Assembly: GCF_030028105.1 (NCBI RefSeq)
Contig: NC_092384.1
Location: 17,491,629 to 17,555,628 of the forward strand
DNA from: Mobula birostris
Lineage: Eukaryota
Length of the DNA stretch: 64,000 bases
Direction: 5' to 3'
In this document: piece by piece, positions 10,861-23,997 of the stretch
Position numbering within the stretch: position 1 is the first letter of the stretch
How the letters are laid out: each line of letters starts with the position of its first letter
Position numbers and translations under genes: made by a program
Notes under the pieces: model-generated
What the model was told of the DNA's origin: nothing
The model's input: the letters and a program-made list of their open reading frames with translations, nothing else
Databases searched by the model: none

Positions 10861-12511
10861 AAATAGTAACAACCTTCCTTCACTAGTTAACTTCGTTGTG
10901 TTGTTCCGTTTCAATCATATACCTTCGGTCAATTATCATACCGCTGGTTCCAAACCACAAACGCAAACCCCCACTTCACGTCCTCTACATTCTCTTGATT
11001 ATGTTTTAGCTCGTCTCCCTCTCTTGTTCGAACTCTAGTCGCTCCTGCAAAGACATTCTGGACCTCCAAACTGAAATTTCATAGCTATGAATTCTATTGT
11101 TCTTACAATCACCATTGCAGTAAGATTTGCAGAAAAGCGGGAGAGCAGGTGCGCTTGTACGGCAAGAAAGGCTGTAACGCTTTTTTTTTCTCCTGATAAT
11201 TTCCTTTTGGGTTTGTTTATAAAAGTCCGACTGATAAACTACTGTTTAATAGCTGGAAAACAAAACCGAAAAGAAACTGATGAACGAGACTGGTCTGAAC
11301 AGTAAGTACATTCCCTCGGACACCGTCATTCACACGTCTCCGGTACAATGTGTGATTTTGGATTCTGAGCATTCATGAAACTGCACAAGGGAAGCGACAT
11401 ATGGTCGAGGAGTAGGCCTGTTACTTCAGCAATTCTCATCTATTTTAAATGCTTGATCATTTCGAGGCTGCATACCTTTTATGAAATAAAAAACATAAAA
11501 CGAAATTTTACTTCATAAATTTACTCCAGCGATGGATTTGTCGTTTTGTTTTTGTACAAAGTCGCCCCCATAGTACTCAGGTTCCAGGCTTGCTGCTCTG
11601 GCTAGTTCGCACGCAGAACTCAGCGAGAAGTAACAACAAGTGTTGTCTCTGACAGAAAACTATACCGGATAAAGGATGATAATCACAATGAAGGGAGCAC
11701 TTAGAGTTGAAACTATACGTTATTCAGTTTAATGATTATAGTAACACAGAGATTTAGGAGGCATTGCGAGAAAATCTATAAAGCGAGCATGGGGGACACC
11801 TCAACTGATAGAATGCAGTTCCGAGGCTCCATTTTAAGTCCAATCAGCACTAGCGGAACTGGGGGTAATGCTGCTATGTCAAATATCTCTTAAATTTGCA
11901 CAAAATAAAAGGAAGACAGATGCAGAATCAATCTGAGCTAATGCTTAACTCGGTATTGACAAAACAGGCATCGGGATGATAACCGTTTTTCTGACTTGGC
12001 AGCGCATACACGCTTTCTCGTTTCGAAATTTAGAATATTGAATATTCTTCAAATCATCGTGGTTGGCGGTGAAACTATACTGAATTTATCGCGAAAGCAG
12101 TAAAGACTCTGAATACCATGCCGATCACCGCCCTATTTTGAGTAGTTATGCATCTGGAATTGCCACGATTCGGCGAGGACGTTGCGCGGTTTTCATTGGC
12201 ACGTTATCGCCATCATATAATTGCATCTCCTGCCCTCTCAGAAATGAAATCTTTTATGTGTATCGAGCGTGAGGTTGTTCACAGTAACACGCATTAGTCC
12301 ATTGGATCCCACTGGATGTAATTAAGTTCGGGTTGTTGAGGAGTTTGTCGAGGAGAGTATGAATCAATGCTCAGCTTCCATGTGCTTCCGACGTTCAGAG
12401 ACAATATTCTGATTTCCATGCGAATCACCACGCCATTTTGCCCAGTTATGTATTGGGAATTTCCACGAATCGTTTGGGATGTTATGCTACTTTCATGGAC
12501 ACATTGCGCCA

Positions 12512-12666
12512 TCATTGAATTCCATCTGATGTCCTCTCAGAATTGAAATCGATCGCAGAAACACATATTTTGTCCATTGGTACAGCTGGATGTAATTGAG
12601 TTGGGGAAGTTGAGGAGGTTGGCCGGATGAGGACACCGCCGTAGTTAATTTTATCCCGCTGCGGAT
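12512..12666 (-). CDS. Orphan terminal cytoplasmic exon with ITIM-like INYGGV (DPQRDKINYGGVLIR...DKICVSAIDF...GIQ*)
   Basis: Strong acceptor TTTTTCCCCCTTACACTTCATTCAG; phase compatible with the two upstream small exons. Confidence 0.55.
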
Positions 12667-13015
12667 CTGAATGAAGTGTAAGGGGGAAAAAGCTAATAAG
12701 AGCCAGTTCAATTTTACCTTTCAAGTGATTTGAGATGCCTGACACAGAAATGCGACTGTGGCTTAAAACACCGCTTCCAGTAGGTAAGTTTTCTGCCAAG
12801 ACGCGGTGGGGGTGGGAGGAGGTGGAGGACTGGTCTTAATCTTCAGATATTCCTTTTTTCGACACATAACTACCAAAGGTGACAGGACTGTGATTAATTT
12901 CCCATGAACCACCGTCTGTTCTCTATTAGTCGATTCTTCATGGGGTGTAGGAATTGAACAGTAACTTGGACAGATCATTAAACGTTTAAAAATAAACTGT
13001 CTGAAAATAACTTAC

Positions 13016-13048
13016 CTGTTTTGAGCACTTGTGAGATTGCCTTGGTTG
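13016..13048 (-). CDS. Orphan 33-nt cytoplasmic exon (ATKAISQVLKT)
   Basis: CACCTAACAG acceptor, CAG|GTAAG donor, symmetric phase. Confidence 0.5.
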
Positions 13049-13408
13049 CTGTTAGGTGACAATTAATTAAGACAGCACATTCATCATTAATTGTAAATGC
13101 TTTGGAAATAGTCCCTGTATCTCTTCAGTTTCGTTTCCATATATATTGCTCATTGTTAACTGGCGTGGAAAAGCACAGGACACTATAAGGAAAAAAATGT
13201 GTTTATAAGTATTTAATTTATCAGTTTATTAATTCAAATGCTTGAATATTTCTGATAATGTCAGAAAAATCAAGAGGTTTCCAACTGTTAAGCACAGCTC
13301 TGGTTATGTCTACGAGCTGACTGTGCATCTAGATTTGTAATTTCTGAGACACTTTTGTCCACTTCACGACGAAATCCATTGTAACGTCGCGCCTTTAAAT
13401 GTCTTTAC

Positions 13409-13451
13409 CTTCATTGGAAACATAATCCCAGATGTTCTCAACAATGTCTTT
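13409..13451 (-). CDS. Orphan 43-nt cytoplasmic exon (KDIVENIWDYVSNE)
   Basis: cacttaTAG acceptor, AAG|GTAAAG donor; chains in frame to the next two exons. Confidence 0.45.
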
Positions 13452-13459
13452 CTATAAGT

Positions 13460-13860
13460 GAACAGAACAGGAACAGGCCGCCGACCCACAATGCTGCGCC
13501 AAACCAGCTAAAAAGCGAATCAAAACACACAAACACTAATCACATCCACCTGACCCATGTTAATCCTTACATCCATATGCCTATCCAGATGTCTGTTGAA
13601 ATCCTCTATTGTACTTGCCGCTACGAGCATACAAGTCATCCACAACTCTCTAAGTACAAGACTCGCCCCCCTTGAACCTACCCCCTGTCACCGTCAATGT
13701 GTGTCCTCTGGTATTAGACATTTCAACTCTGGGTAACAGATGCTCTTTGTACACTTTATCTATGCCTCTCATAACCTTGTAAATCTCTATTAGATCTCCC
13801 TTCAGCCTGCAACGCGCCAAAGAAAACGACCCAAGTTTATCCTGCCTCTCGTGATAGCAT
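13460..13860 (-). mobile_element. CR1 3' end fragment
   Basis: (AGAAC)n-like tail at 13460 followed by the reverse-complement of the RT C-terminus. Confidence 0.7.
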
Positions 13861-14829
13861 TAATATTTCAACTGAATTTTCATTATTATTTTGGTAAAAT
13901 AATAGGGAGCTGTGTTGGAGTACTCTGACTGCAAAATTAAAGCTATTGTTTTATACTCTTGGGCCAGGTGACGGGAATATCCCAGAACGCTAGGCTCCAT
14001 CGTCTGAGAGAGAAATCGTGATACCACTTCCTTGATAGTTTTCCCCTCTTCAGAGAACGTTCCTGACGGGCCTAGGATTTCCAGAGTTTTCTGCTTAATT
14101 TCGGCTTACAAACAACGGCAGTGCTAGTTCCCGTTATTACCCTTCTTTTCATGAACGATCTATCTAGATATAAGCTGAACACATGAAGGCATGACCTTCC
14201 TTCCACTTTCATTCGTCTTTAAATGCATAGTGGAAATATTTTGGTTCAAAGACAGCTCTCGACATTGTCTCATCATACTATTTGTCAACCTGCTCCTTAC
14301 CCCATTAACAATGCTTTTAATATAAGATGGACGAGTACAGCACAGGATTATGACCTTCGTCAAATCAAACTAATGCTTACTAGCTGCGTATGATCTGCAG
14401 CTCTGAAGTCACTGCGCATTCATGTCTGTATTCAAAAGCCTCTTAATTACGATATCTTCTTCTGATTTCATTTTCTTCAATGTACAAGGAGTTTTGTTCA
14501 TTCCTGAGGGTAAGGTCAGTCTATTTCCCGGCGCCCTGCGAATTAAAGTCTTTGTAACAATTTCTCACATTTTTCTGCGAGTCCGTAGGGAAAAAAAAAA
14601 TCATTCCGGTTAAGTGAAGGGACAGGACTTTCCACTACTTCTCAAATGTATTTTCCAACTCGTCTTAGTCTGGAACACGTTAAAGTCATCAAATAACAAT
14701 CTAATACTCAGTGACCCGAAACGGATATTATTTCATGTAATGTAAGAATTCTGACATGACTTACACCACCGTCACTTTGGAAAGATATTGTCTAATACAC
14801 TTAAAAGTAATACCAACATCCTATATAAT

Positions 14830-17190
14830 CATATAACTATATAACAGTTACAGCACGGAAGCAGGCTATCTCGGCCCTTTTAGTCCGTGCCGAAATCTTA
14901 CCTAATCCCACCGACCTGCCCTCATCCTCTATTACTTTCCTGGCCATATAGCTGTCCAATTTAACTTTAAACGACAACGTCGAACCTGCCTCAACCACTT
15001 CTGCTGGAAGCGCGTTCCACAGAGCTACCATTCTCTGAGTAAGAAGCTTCCCCTCATGTCACCCCTAAACTTTTGTCCTTTAACTCTCAACTCATGTCCA
15101 CTTGTTTGCATTTCTCCCACTCTCCACGTCAACTCTATCTATCCCCCTCACAATTTTAAATACCTCTGTCAAGCCCCCTCTCAACTTTCTACATTCCAAA
15201 CAATAAAGACCCAACTTGTTCAACCTTTTTCTGTAACTTAGATGATGAAACACACGTAACATTCTAGTAAATATTCTCTGTACTCTCTCTATTTTGTTGA
15301 CATCTTTCCTATAATTCAGTGACCAAAACTGTACACAATGCTCCAAATTTGGCCTCACCAATGCCTTGTACAATTTCAACCTTACATCCCAACTCCTATA
15401 CTCAATGCTCTGAATTATAAAGGCCAACATATCAAAAGCTTTCTTCACCACTCTATCCATATAAGATTCCACCTTCAGTGAACTATGCACCATTATTCCT
15501 ACATCCCTCTGTTCTCAACATTCTTCAATGCCTTACCGTTTACCAAGTATGTCCTATTTTGATTAGTCCTACCAAAATGTAGCACCTCACATTTATCAGC
15601 ATTAAACTCCATCTGCCATCTTTCAGCCCACTCTTCTTACGGGCCTAAATCTCTCTGCAAGCTTTGAAAACCTACTTCATTATTTACAACTCCACCTGTC
15701 TAAGTATCATATGCATACTTACTCATCCAATTTACCACTCCATCATCTAGATCCTTAATGTATATGACAAATAACATTGGACCAGTACAGGTCCCTGAGG
15801 CACACCACTAGACACCGGCCTTCATTTTCACAAACCGTTATCCACCAAGACTCTTTGGCGTCACCCATCCAGCTACTGCTGAATTCATTTTACCACTTCA
15901 ATATTAATACCTAACGATTGAAACTTCCTAACCAGCCTTCCGTGTGGCAACTTGTCAAAGGCCTTACTGAAATCCATATAGACAACATGCACCACTTTAC
16001 CCTCGTCAGCTTTCCCAGCAACCTCTTCAAAAAATTCAATAAGATTTGTCAAACATGACCTTCCACGCACAAATCCATGTTGAGTGTTTCTAATCAGACT
16101 CTGTCTATCCAGATAATTATATATACCATCTCTAAGAATACTTTCCAACAATTTACCCACCACTGCCATCAAACTCACAGGCCGATTATTGCTAGGTTTA
16201 CTCTTAGAACCCTCTGTAAACAGTGGAACAACATGAGCAAAACGCATATCCTCCGGCACCATCCCCGTTTCTAATGACATTTGAAATATTTCTGTCAGAG
16301 CCCCTGTTATTTCCATACTAACTTCCCTCAAGGTCCTAGGGAATATCCTGTCAGGACCCGGAGATTTATCCACTTTAATATGCCTTAAATGTTCCAATAC
16401 TTCCTCTTCTTTAATCATCATAGTTTCCATAATTCCCTACCTGTTACCCTTATCTTACACAACTCAATATCCTTCTCCTCAGTGAATACCGAAGAAAAGA
16501 AATTGTTCAGAATTTTTCCCATCTCTTATGGCTCTACACATAGCTGTCCACGCTGATTCTCTAAGGGACCAATTTTATTCCTCACTATCCTTTTGCTCTT
16601 AATATAAAGGTAGAAACCCTTGGGATTTATTTTCACCTTACTTTCCAAAGCAACCTCAAATCTTATTTTAGCTTTACTAATTTTAATTCTTAAGATTATT
16701 TTACATTCTTTATATTCCTCTACCGCCTCATTTACTCCATGCTGCCTTTATTAATTGTAGATATCTCTGTTTTTCTAAACCAAGCTTCCAATATCCCTTG
16801 AAAACCATGGCTCCCTCAAACTTTTAATCTTTCCTTTCAACCTACCAGGAACATAAATATTCTGTACTCTCAAAATTTCACCTTTAAATGACCTCCATTT
16901 CTTTATTATATTCTTCCCATAAAACAAATTGTCACAATCCACTCCTTCTAAATCCTTTCGCATCTCCTCAAAGGTAGCCTTTCTCCAATCAAAAATCTCA
17001 ACCCTGTGTCCAGACCTATCCTTCTCCATAATTTGTATTGAAACTAATAGCATTGTGATCACTGGACCCGAAGTGCTCCCCAACACAAACCTCCTCCACC
17101 TGACCAGTCTCACTCTCTAGCAGCAGATCCAACACTGCCCCTTCTCTCGTTGGTACCTCTATGTATTGCTGCAAAAAATTATCCTGAGTG
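14830..17190 (-). mobile_element. 5'-truncated CR1 LINE ORF2 (end of endonuclease, linker, RT), frameshifted
   Basis: ORFs 16775..17113, 15885..16430 (KSPGPD, RPVSL, QHGF, YMDFSKAFDK) and 15092..15493; tail at ~14830. Confidence 0.9.
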
Positions 17191-18439
17191 TTAAATTATC
17201 CAGATGAGCGATTTTTTTTGCACAACCTTACTGTCCCTTTTCTATTTTCTATTTACGATTTATAATTTAAATTTGTAATGTATACTATGGATTTGTGATC
17301 CAGGGGGCGCGAAGCGCCGGGTCAGATATCACTGTGATGATTGTACGCTCTAATATCAATTGTTTGCGACAATAAAGTAAAATTATTGTCCATTTTTACA
17401 TTTAGTTTCTCATTTAAGTAATCAGAAAGGAAAAGGTGTTACCCCACTACCGAGATCAAGTTCACATTGCCTTTTAATGTGTAAAGTAAGTTGTTCACTA
17501 TTCAATTTTCTCAGAGAATGAGTCACACATGAATAGCAACTATTTAGCTATTCTTAAAAACATTGCTTCGTGTAGTTATCTCCAGATTGAACATGTCGTA
17601 GAATCAGGAAGCAAATACACCGCTGCACAGCTTCAGAAATATTTAACTGACAGAAGCAGGTTTTCAAAAAAGTGTTATTTTCAACTTATTGTCCTAATGT
17701 TAAACGCAAACCAGCAGTCCGCAAAATACGTGTTTCAGAGAGGCGCAATCATTGACCACAGATCTTCCATGATGTCACCAACAGATTCGCGCGTGCAGTT
17801 CTGTTCTCAGACAGTGTGTTACTTCCCGTAAAGGCAAATTATAATCACCTTCTTGGTAAACTGATACTTAATTAAAACCTCTATTCCGAACATCTTTTTA
17901 TAGAAAACTTGCACCAGCTCGCATGCAAACATTCACATTTGCGAATTACGAACAGGAAGTTAGCATATATTTGCTTTGAGTGGATACGAAAACTCATCGG
18001 AATGGAACATAGTAATATATCCTGATTGCATTTCAAATGGGCAGTGAAAATAGAAAAGGAAAGTACCAAGGTACACACGGATACACTTATTTAAATATTT
18101 TAATATGTTAACGTAAATGCTTCGATTCATGACTCACGGATGTGGAGTTTGAATTTGGGTTTCCAGAAACTGAATTCCTTGCACATATTCCTAGCATTCC
18201 ATATTCAATAGTCAGCAAGCTGAACCGTTACTCTATTTACTTATCTATTTTGATAGGCCACTTAATATTCATTGAATATGGAATTTTAATCTCGGTTTCT
18301 GACTCTACCGTAATCCATAAAGCTCCTGATCTCCGAAGGTTGAAATGATCCGCGAGTTAAGTACGCCATTTGTGAGAACATTCATCTGCTGAGGCACATG
18401 GCGTGAAACGATGGTTGGGTTGCTCGATACAGATTACGG

Positions 18440-19612
18440 AGGGTGATGAACAGAAACACCACGGCTATCAGTGCTGGAATCTAACAAATAAAGGAAAGGG
18501 ATAATGGGAGCCATTAGAGGAGAAGTGAAAACCAGATGAAACCAGGGGCAGATGGGGACGGGGAAGACTTTGTGTGAAATATATGTGCGGTGAATGGATG
18601 GAACTAGGAGGGGGAAATAACGAAAACGAGTACGTAGACACTGAGGTAAGAAAGTGTTAATAGCAATTAACCTTCAACAGCAAACACGGTGTGTAATTTT
18701 GTGGTTTGCAGAATATATAGGTGGAATATGAAGCGAGATATAAGCCACAGAATGGTAACCTTCATTGAAAAGGACTTGGTGTATGACCAGAAAGACATGC
18801 TGCAGCATGATACAATGAATTGGCTAAGCCACACATACAAACTATTTTGAAAATTTTCTTGGAAGTAGTACAGCGAAGTCTCTCTAAATTGGGTCAAGCA
18901 GCATCTATGTAGCGAAGTGGAAGGTCGACTTTTCTGGACTAGACTCGATCAGGACTGAAAGGAAAGAAGAGAGCTAGTATTATAAGGTCATGAAAGAGCT
19001 GGAGCAAGAGTTGGAGATTAATAGGTGGATCCAGGTGAGGGAGTGACAGCCAGTAAAAGGGGGGAGATTTAGTGTGATCCATGAGGCTGATAGTGATAGA
19101 CGGAAGCAACAAAGACTGAAGAAGTCAGACGACTTCAGCAGTGAAGAATTCCATTCTTTTACACGCGTGAACAAACAACTCTTGACCATGTGATATATTG
19201 CAGGTGTATCCCGCATTTCACAAGTTCCCCCGCGTCAGCGGCCCACTTACAAATATTTAGAATGTTATTTGCACGTATACTCCAAGATCAGGAGCTTCGA
19301 ACGGTAGAATGCACAATATTGACTATTCTAAGCAGTTTACAGAAGACCATAAAACTTCGTTTTTTTTTTTCACCTCTCTCCTAAATCGCTATGATCGTCA
19401 TTTTTTTCTTCATTCGTTCTTCTGCATACTCACAAGTAACAGGGAAGCTTCACAGCACGAAGATCCTCCCCATCGATTATGGCCGATGCAATCACATTCT
19501 CAGGCGACGCTTTCTTTTTCATCTGATGCTCATATCGGTATTGTGAAATTCCTCCATTACTTTGTGTGTATTGCTTCGATTTCCAGCATCTGAAGATTTT
19601 CTCTTGTTCAGA
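18440..19612. mobile_element. Penelope-like fragments (several pieces)
   Basis: Segments resembling 1160-1465 and 54990-55270, ending 'gatttccagcatctgaagattttctcttgtt'; pattern recognition only. Confidence 0.4.
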
Positions 19613-19739
19613 TCGGTATTAGTCAGCTTTACATTGTTTTCGAAAATTCTCCAGCGAATTATTGTTATGAGTTTGGCCTTGTAAGTTAACAGTCTGGATC
19701 AATGACGAAAATCATTTCTTCAAATTATTACTTACGATA

Positions 19740-21425
19740 GGTTCAAAAAACTAGGTAATGATCAATAACTGGAAGATTATGAGGCTAGCAGGAAGGAGTT
19801 TAGGAATCAATTAGGAGAGGCAGAAGGGGCCATGAGAAGGCCTTGGCGAGCAGGGTTAAAGAAAATCCCAAGGCATTCTACAAGTATGTGAAGAGCAAGA
19901 GGATAAGACGTCAGAGGATAGAACTAAACAAGTGTGACAATGGAAAAGTGTGTATGGAACTGGAAAAGAAAGCAAAGGTAGTTAATGAATACTTTGCTTC
20001 GGAAAAGTATCATGACGATTGTGGGGATGACTTCAGCGGATTGAAAGGCTTGAGCATATAGACATTAAGAAAAAGGATGTGCTGGAGCTTTTGGAAAGTG
20101 TCAGGTCTCCGGAACTGGACGAGATGCACTCCAGGATACTGTGGGAGGCGAGGGAGGAGATTGATGAGCCTCTGGCAATGACCTTTGGATCATCAGTCGG
20201 GACGGGAGAGACTCTAGAGGATTGGAGGGTTGTAGATGTTGTTCCATTATTCAAGAAAGAGAGTAGACCAGTCAATCTTACTTCTGTGGTTGGTAAATTG
20301 ATGGAAAAGATTCTGAGAGGCAGGATTTATGAACATCTGGAGAGGCACAATATGATTAACAATAGTCAACATGGCTTTCTCAAACGCAGTTCGTGCTTTA
20401 CGGGCCTGATTTAATTTTTTGGAGGATGTGACTAAACACGTTGATGAAGGCAGAGTAGTAGATGTAGCGTACATGAATTTCAGAAAAGCATTTGATAAGG
20501 TATCTCATGCGAGGCTTATTGAGAAAGTGCGAAGGCATGGGATCCAAAGGACCTTGCTTTGTCGATCCAGAACTGGCTTGCCCACAGAAGGCAGAGTAGT
20601 TGTAGACGGGTCATACTCTGCATGAAGGTCTGTGACCAGTGCTGTGCCTCAGGGATCTATTCTGCGTCCCCGTCTCTTCGTAATTTTTGTAAATGACCTG
20701 GATGAGGAAGTGGAGGGATGGGTTAAAAAATTTGCTGATGATACCAAGGTCGGGGGTGTTGTCGATAGTGTTGAGGGCTATCAGAGGTTAGAGCAGGACA
20801 TCGATATGGTAAAAAAAAACTGGGCTGAGAAGTTCCAGATGGAGTTCAAAACAGATAAGTCTGAGGTGATTCATTTTGGAAGGTCAAATATGATGGCAGA
20901 ATAAAGTATTAATATCAGGCTCTTGGCAGTGTGGGATATCAGTGTAATCCTGGGGTGCGAGTCTATTGGACACTCAAAGGTGTTCCGCAGGTTGACTCTG
21001 TTCATAAGAAGGCATATGGTGTATTGACCGTCATCAACCATGGAATTGAGTTTAAGAGCCGAAAGGTAATGTTACAACTTTATTCAACCCTTGTCAGACC
21101 CCACTTGGAATACTGTGCTCTGTTCTGGTCATCTCACTACATGCGAGGAAGGATGTGGAAACTATAGAAAGGGTGCAGAGGAGATTTACAAGGATGTGGC
21201 CTAGAGTGGGGAGCATGCCTTATGAGAATAGGTTGAGTGAATTCGTCCTTTTCTCCTTAGAGCAGAGGAGAATGAGAGATGACCTGAATGAGGTGTATAA
21301 GATGATGGGAGGAATTGATCGTGTGGATAGTCAGAGGCTTTTTCCTAGGCCTGAAATGATTCGAGAGGGCACAGTTTTAGGTGTCTGGATGTAGGTACAG
21401 AGGAGATGTCAGCGGTATTTTTTTT
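19740..21425 (+). mobile_element. Degraded CR1 ORF2 (RT), multiple frameshifts
   Basis: ORFs 19843-21394 carry SQHGF, MNFRKAFDKV, SAVPQGSIL, KFADDTK, RPHLEYC and ERVQRRF. Confidence 0.9.
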
Positions 21426-23147
21426 TACGTGTAACGCTCAGTTATATTGGCTCGTAAATGTCTAGCGGAAATCCCGCCCAGCACCTGCCTGAACGCTTCC
21501 CACTGAGTCGATTGCTGCACCAATAACGCCCGAATCAATCCCAAACATCAATCATCAGCCAGCACACACATTATGTGTGTATGAGAAAGACTTGTCCTTA
21601 TCGAGGAAGGAATTTACAGAGGAGCAAAATAAATATCCTGAAATTGTGGCTTTAAAAGAGACAGCTGTCTCTGAGGAAGAAATTCAGAATTAGTCAGTAG
21701 GATACTACCTAAAGGCTGGGGTGATACTGAGGAAGTTGAGATCAGCCATTGTGCCTGCAAGTGAGGATTGGGCCGTTGAACATAAAGTAGTGGTTCCAAA
21801 AGTTTACAGGGCTGAAATGTTAAACATGGCTCACAGTATGCCTTTAGGTAGACAGTATGCCTTTAGTAAAGAAGACAGTTCACAGCATTATGAAGGAATT
21901 CTATTGGCCTAATTTAAGAACGAATGTTGTGAATTATTGCAGAGGTTGCCATACCTGCCAGGGTGTGGGGAAACCTAATCAGGTTATTCAAGTAGCACCT
22001 ATTAAATTGATACCTGTTTTTGGTGAACCTTTTTCCAGGGTCATAGTGGATTGTTTAGGCCCACTACCAAAGACTGCAGCTGGTCATCCGTATTTGTTAA
22101 CAATTATGTGTGCTGCACCTAGGTTTCCTGAAGCCGTGCCTCTCAGAAGCATCCAGGCCAAGACTGTGGTAAGACATTCATGAAGTTTTTCATACTGGTA
22201 GGTCTGCCAAAGGAAATTCAATCTGACCAGGGTAGTAACTTTACTTCGGGAACATTCCAGCTCATAATTTATGAACTGTGGGCTAAACAAATTGTGTCAC
22301 CTGCCTACCACACAGCGTCTCAAGGTGCTTTGCAGCGATTTCATTCTACTTTAAAGACCATGATTAAAACCTACTGTCATGAGAATGACAGGGACTGGGA
22401 TGAAGGGATACACTTATTACTTTTTGGCGTGTCCATTTCAGAATCCCTGGGGTTTATTCCATTCGAGCTCATTTTCGGCCATAGGCCCAAAGGATCTTTG
22501 ACCTAGAAGTGTCTAACACAAAAGTGTGTGTCAGTGTGTTAGATTATGTTTTGAAATTCCAGAAAAGACTTAACAAGGCTTGTGACCTTGCAAAACAGAA
22601 TTTACAAAACTCCCAAATTAAAATGAAGCAGTGGTATGATAAAAGAACGAGGGAACGGATGTTCGAGGTTGGAGATAAAGTATTGGTCTTGTTCCCCCTG
22701 TTGACCAACCCCGTCCAAGCGCAAATTCATGGACCATGTGAAATAATTAAGAAAATTGATTCTTTGAATTATGTTATTCAAACTCCTGACAGGAGAAAGG
22801 CTACCCAATTAGTGCATGTACATATGGTGAAGCCTTATTATGACTCTGAGATGGTACCAGGAAGTGCTGTTATGAAAACAAATGTAGTAATGAGGTGCAA
22901 GATCATTTTAACAAGCTGAATATCATAACAACCAGACATGAGAATTACAATATTCTGACAGACCTTACTGATAAAGTCAGTCATCTGGAGCCTGCACAGA
23001 GAAAACAATTGAAAGAATTAATTAGCAAGCATAAGGATTTATGTTCTGACATTCCAAGACGGTGTACAGCTGCAGAGCAAGACGTCATTGTAAATTCAGG
23101 GCAGCCGATCAAAGAGCATCCTTACAGAATGATTTTAGAGAAAAGTG

Positions 23148-23997
23148 TGTTATGTACCCTGTAACTGGGTTGCCAAACCAGCAGAAATGGACCATTTAGT
23201 TGGAGTCTGGTTTAACAGAACTAATACTTTATTAAAGAAATAAGTAACACAGTACTCTAAACGCAAGGATATAAATGCAACAGGTTAGCAATGATAAAAC
23301 ACACATGTGCACAGAACTAGGGTAATAGGAATCAATCAAGTTCTATCGCAGTCTAGGGGTAAAATGATCAGTCTCAAGTAACGCAGAGTTCAGTTCAGCT
23401 TAGTACAGTTCGCAGTAATCGCTGTTCTGCCGTTGGAGAGAGAGAGACAGAGACAGAGAGAGAGAGAGAAAGATATGCAAATCTGATTCAGCAGACCTTG
23501 ATGTTCTTCGCAGTTAGCTTTCGGGGTGAATCTTTTATGTCTTCCGTGGTCACCGACTGCGACCCCTCCGTTCCGGATACGACCGTTCTTCCGCGGTGAA
23601 CCCGGCACCCAGGCAAGGACGGACACACACACCAGGTCCCGCCGATTGTACCTTTTCACCCTGCGCGTCTATGGTCGGTTCCCGGGACCAGACCTCCAAA
23701 CTTTCAGCAATTTGTGGGGGCACACCGTTTTTCCAGGGTCTCGTTATCTCGTGATCTCGTGGTGTCCCTTGCCTTAGCGAACCTGTTCTTTTTATCCCCC
23801 TGCTGGGGTATCGCCTGTCCATCAAACTTCAAACAGTTCAGGTTCAAAGCAACCGGTCTGTCAATATTCTGAAATGTGTCTCTTTCTCGTTAATCTCTCT
23901 CTCACTTCTCTCTCATTAGCATTTTGAATGTTTCTGCATTGTCTCTCTTATCTCTCTCATTTGCATCAATCTTCGGATAACTTGGTTTGTCGTCCCA
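23148..23997 (-). repeat. 3' LTR of the nested element (850 bp, TG...CA, internal (GA)n)
   Basis: Direct repeat of 27239-28077; purine tract GAAGGATAAGGG adjacent on the minus strand (PPT-like). Confidence 0.92.

Noticed and set aside
14326-14343. ITIM-like VLYSSI on the minus strand
   Set aside because: Weak acceptor only about 26 nt from an upstream donor-like site; such six-residue motifs occur often by chance.
21430-21600. Possible 5' LTR of the host Gypsy (starts TGTAACG)
   Set aside because: Similarity to the 3' LTR stops after a few bases, and there is no matching TSD at 30097.
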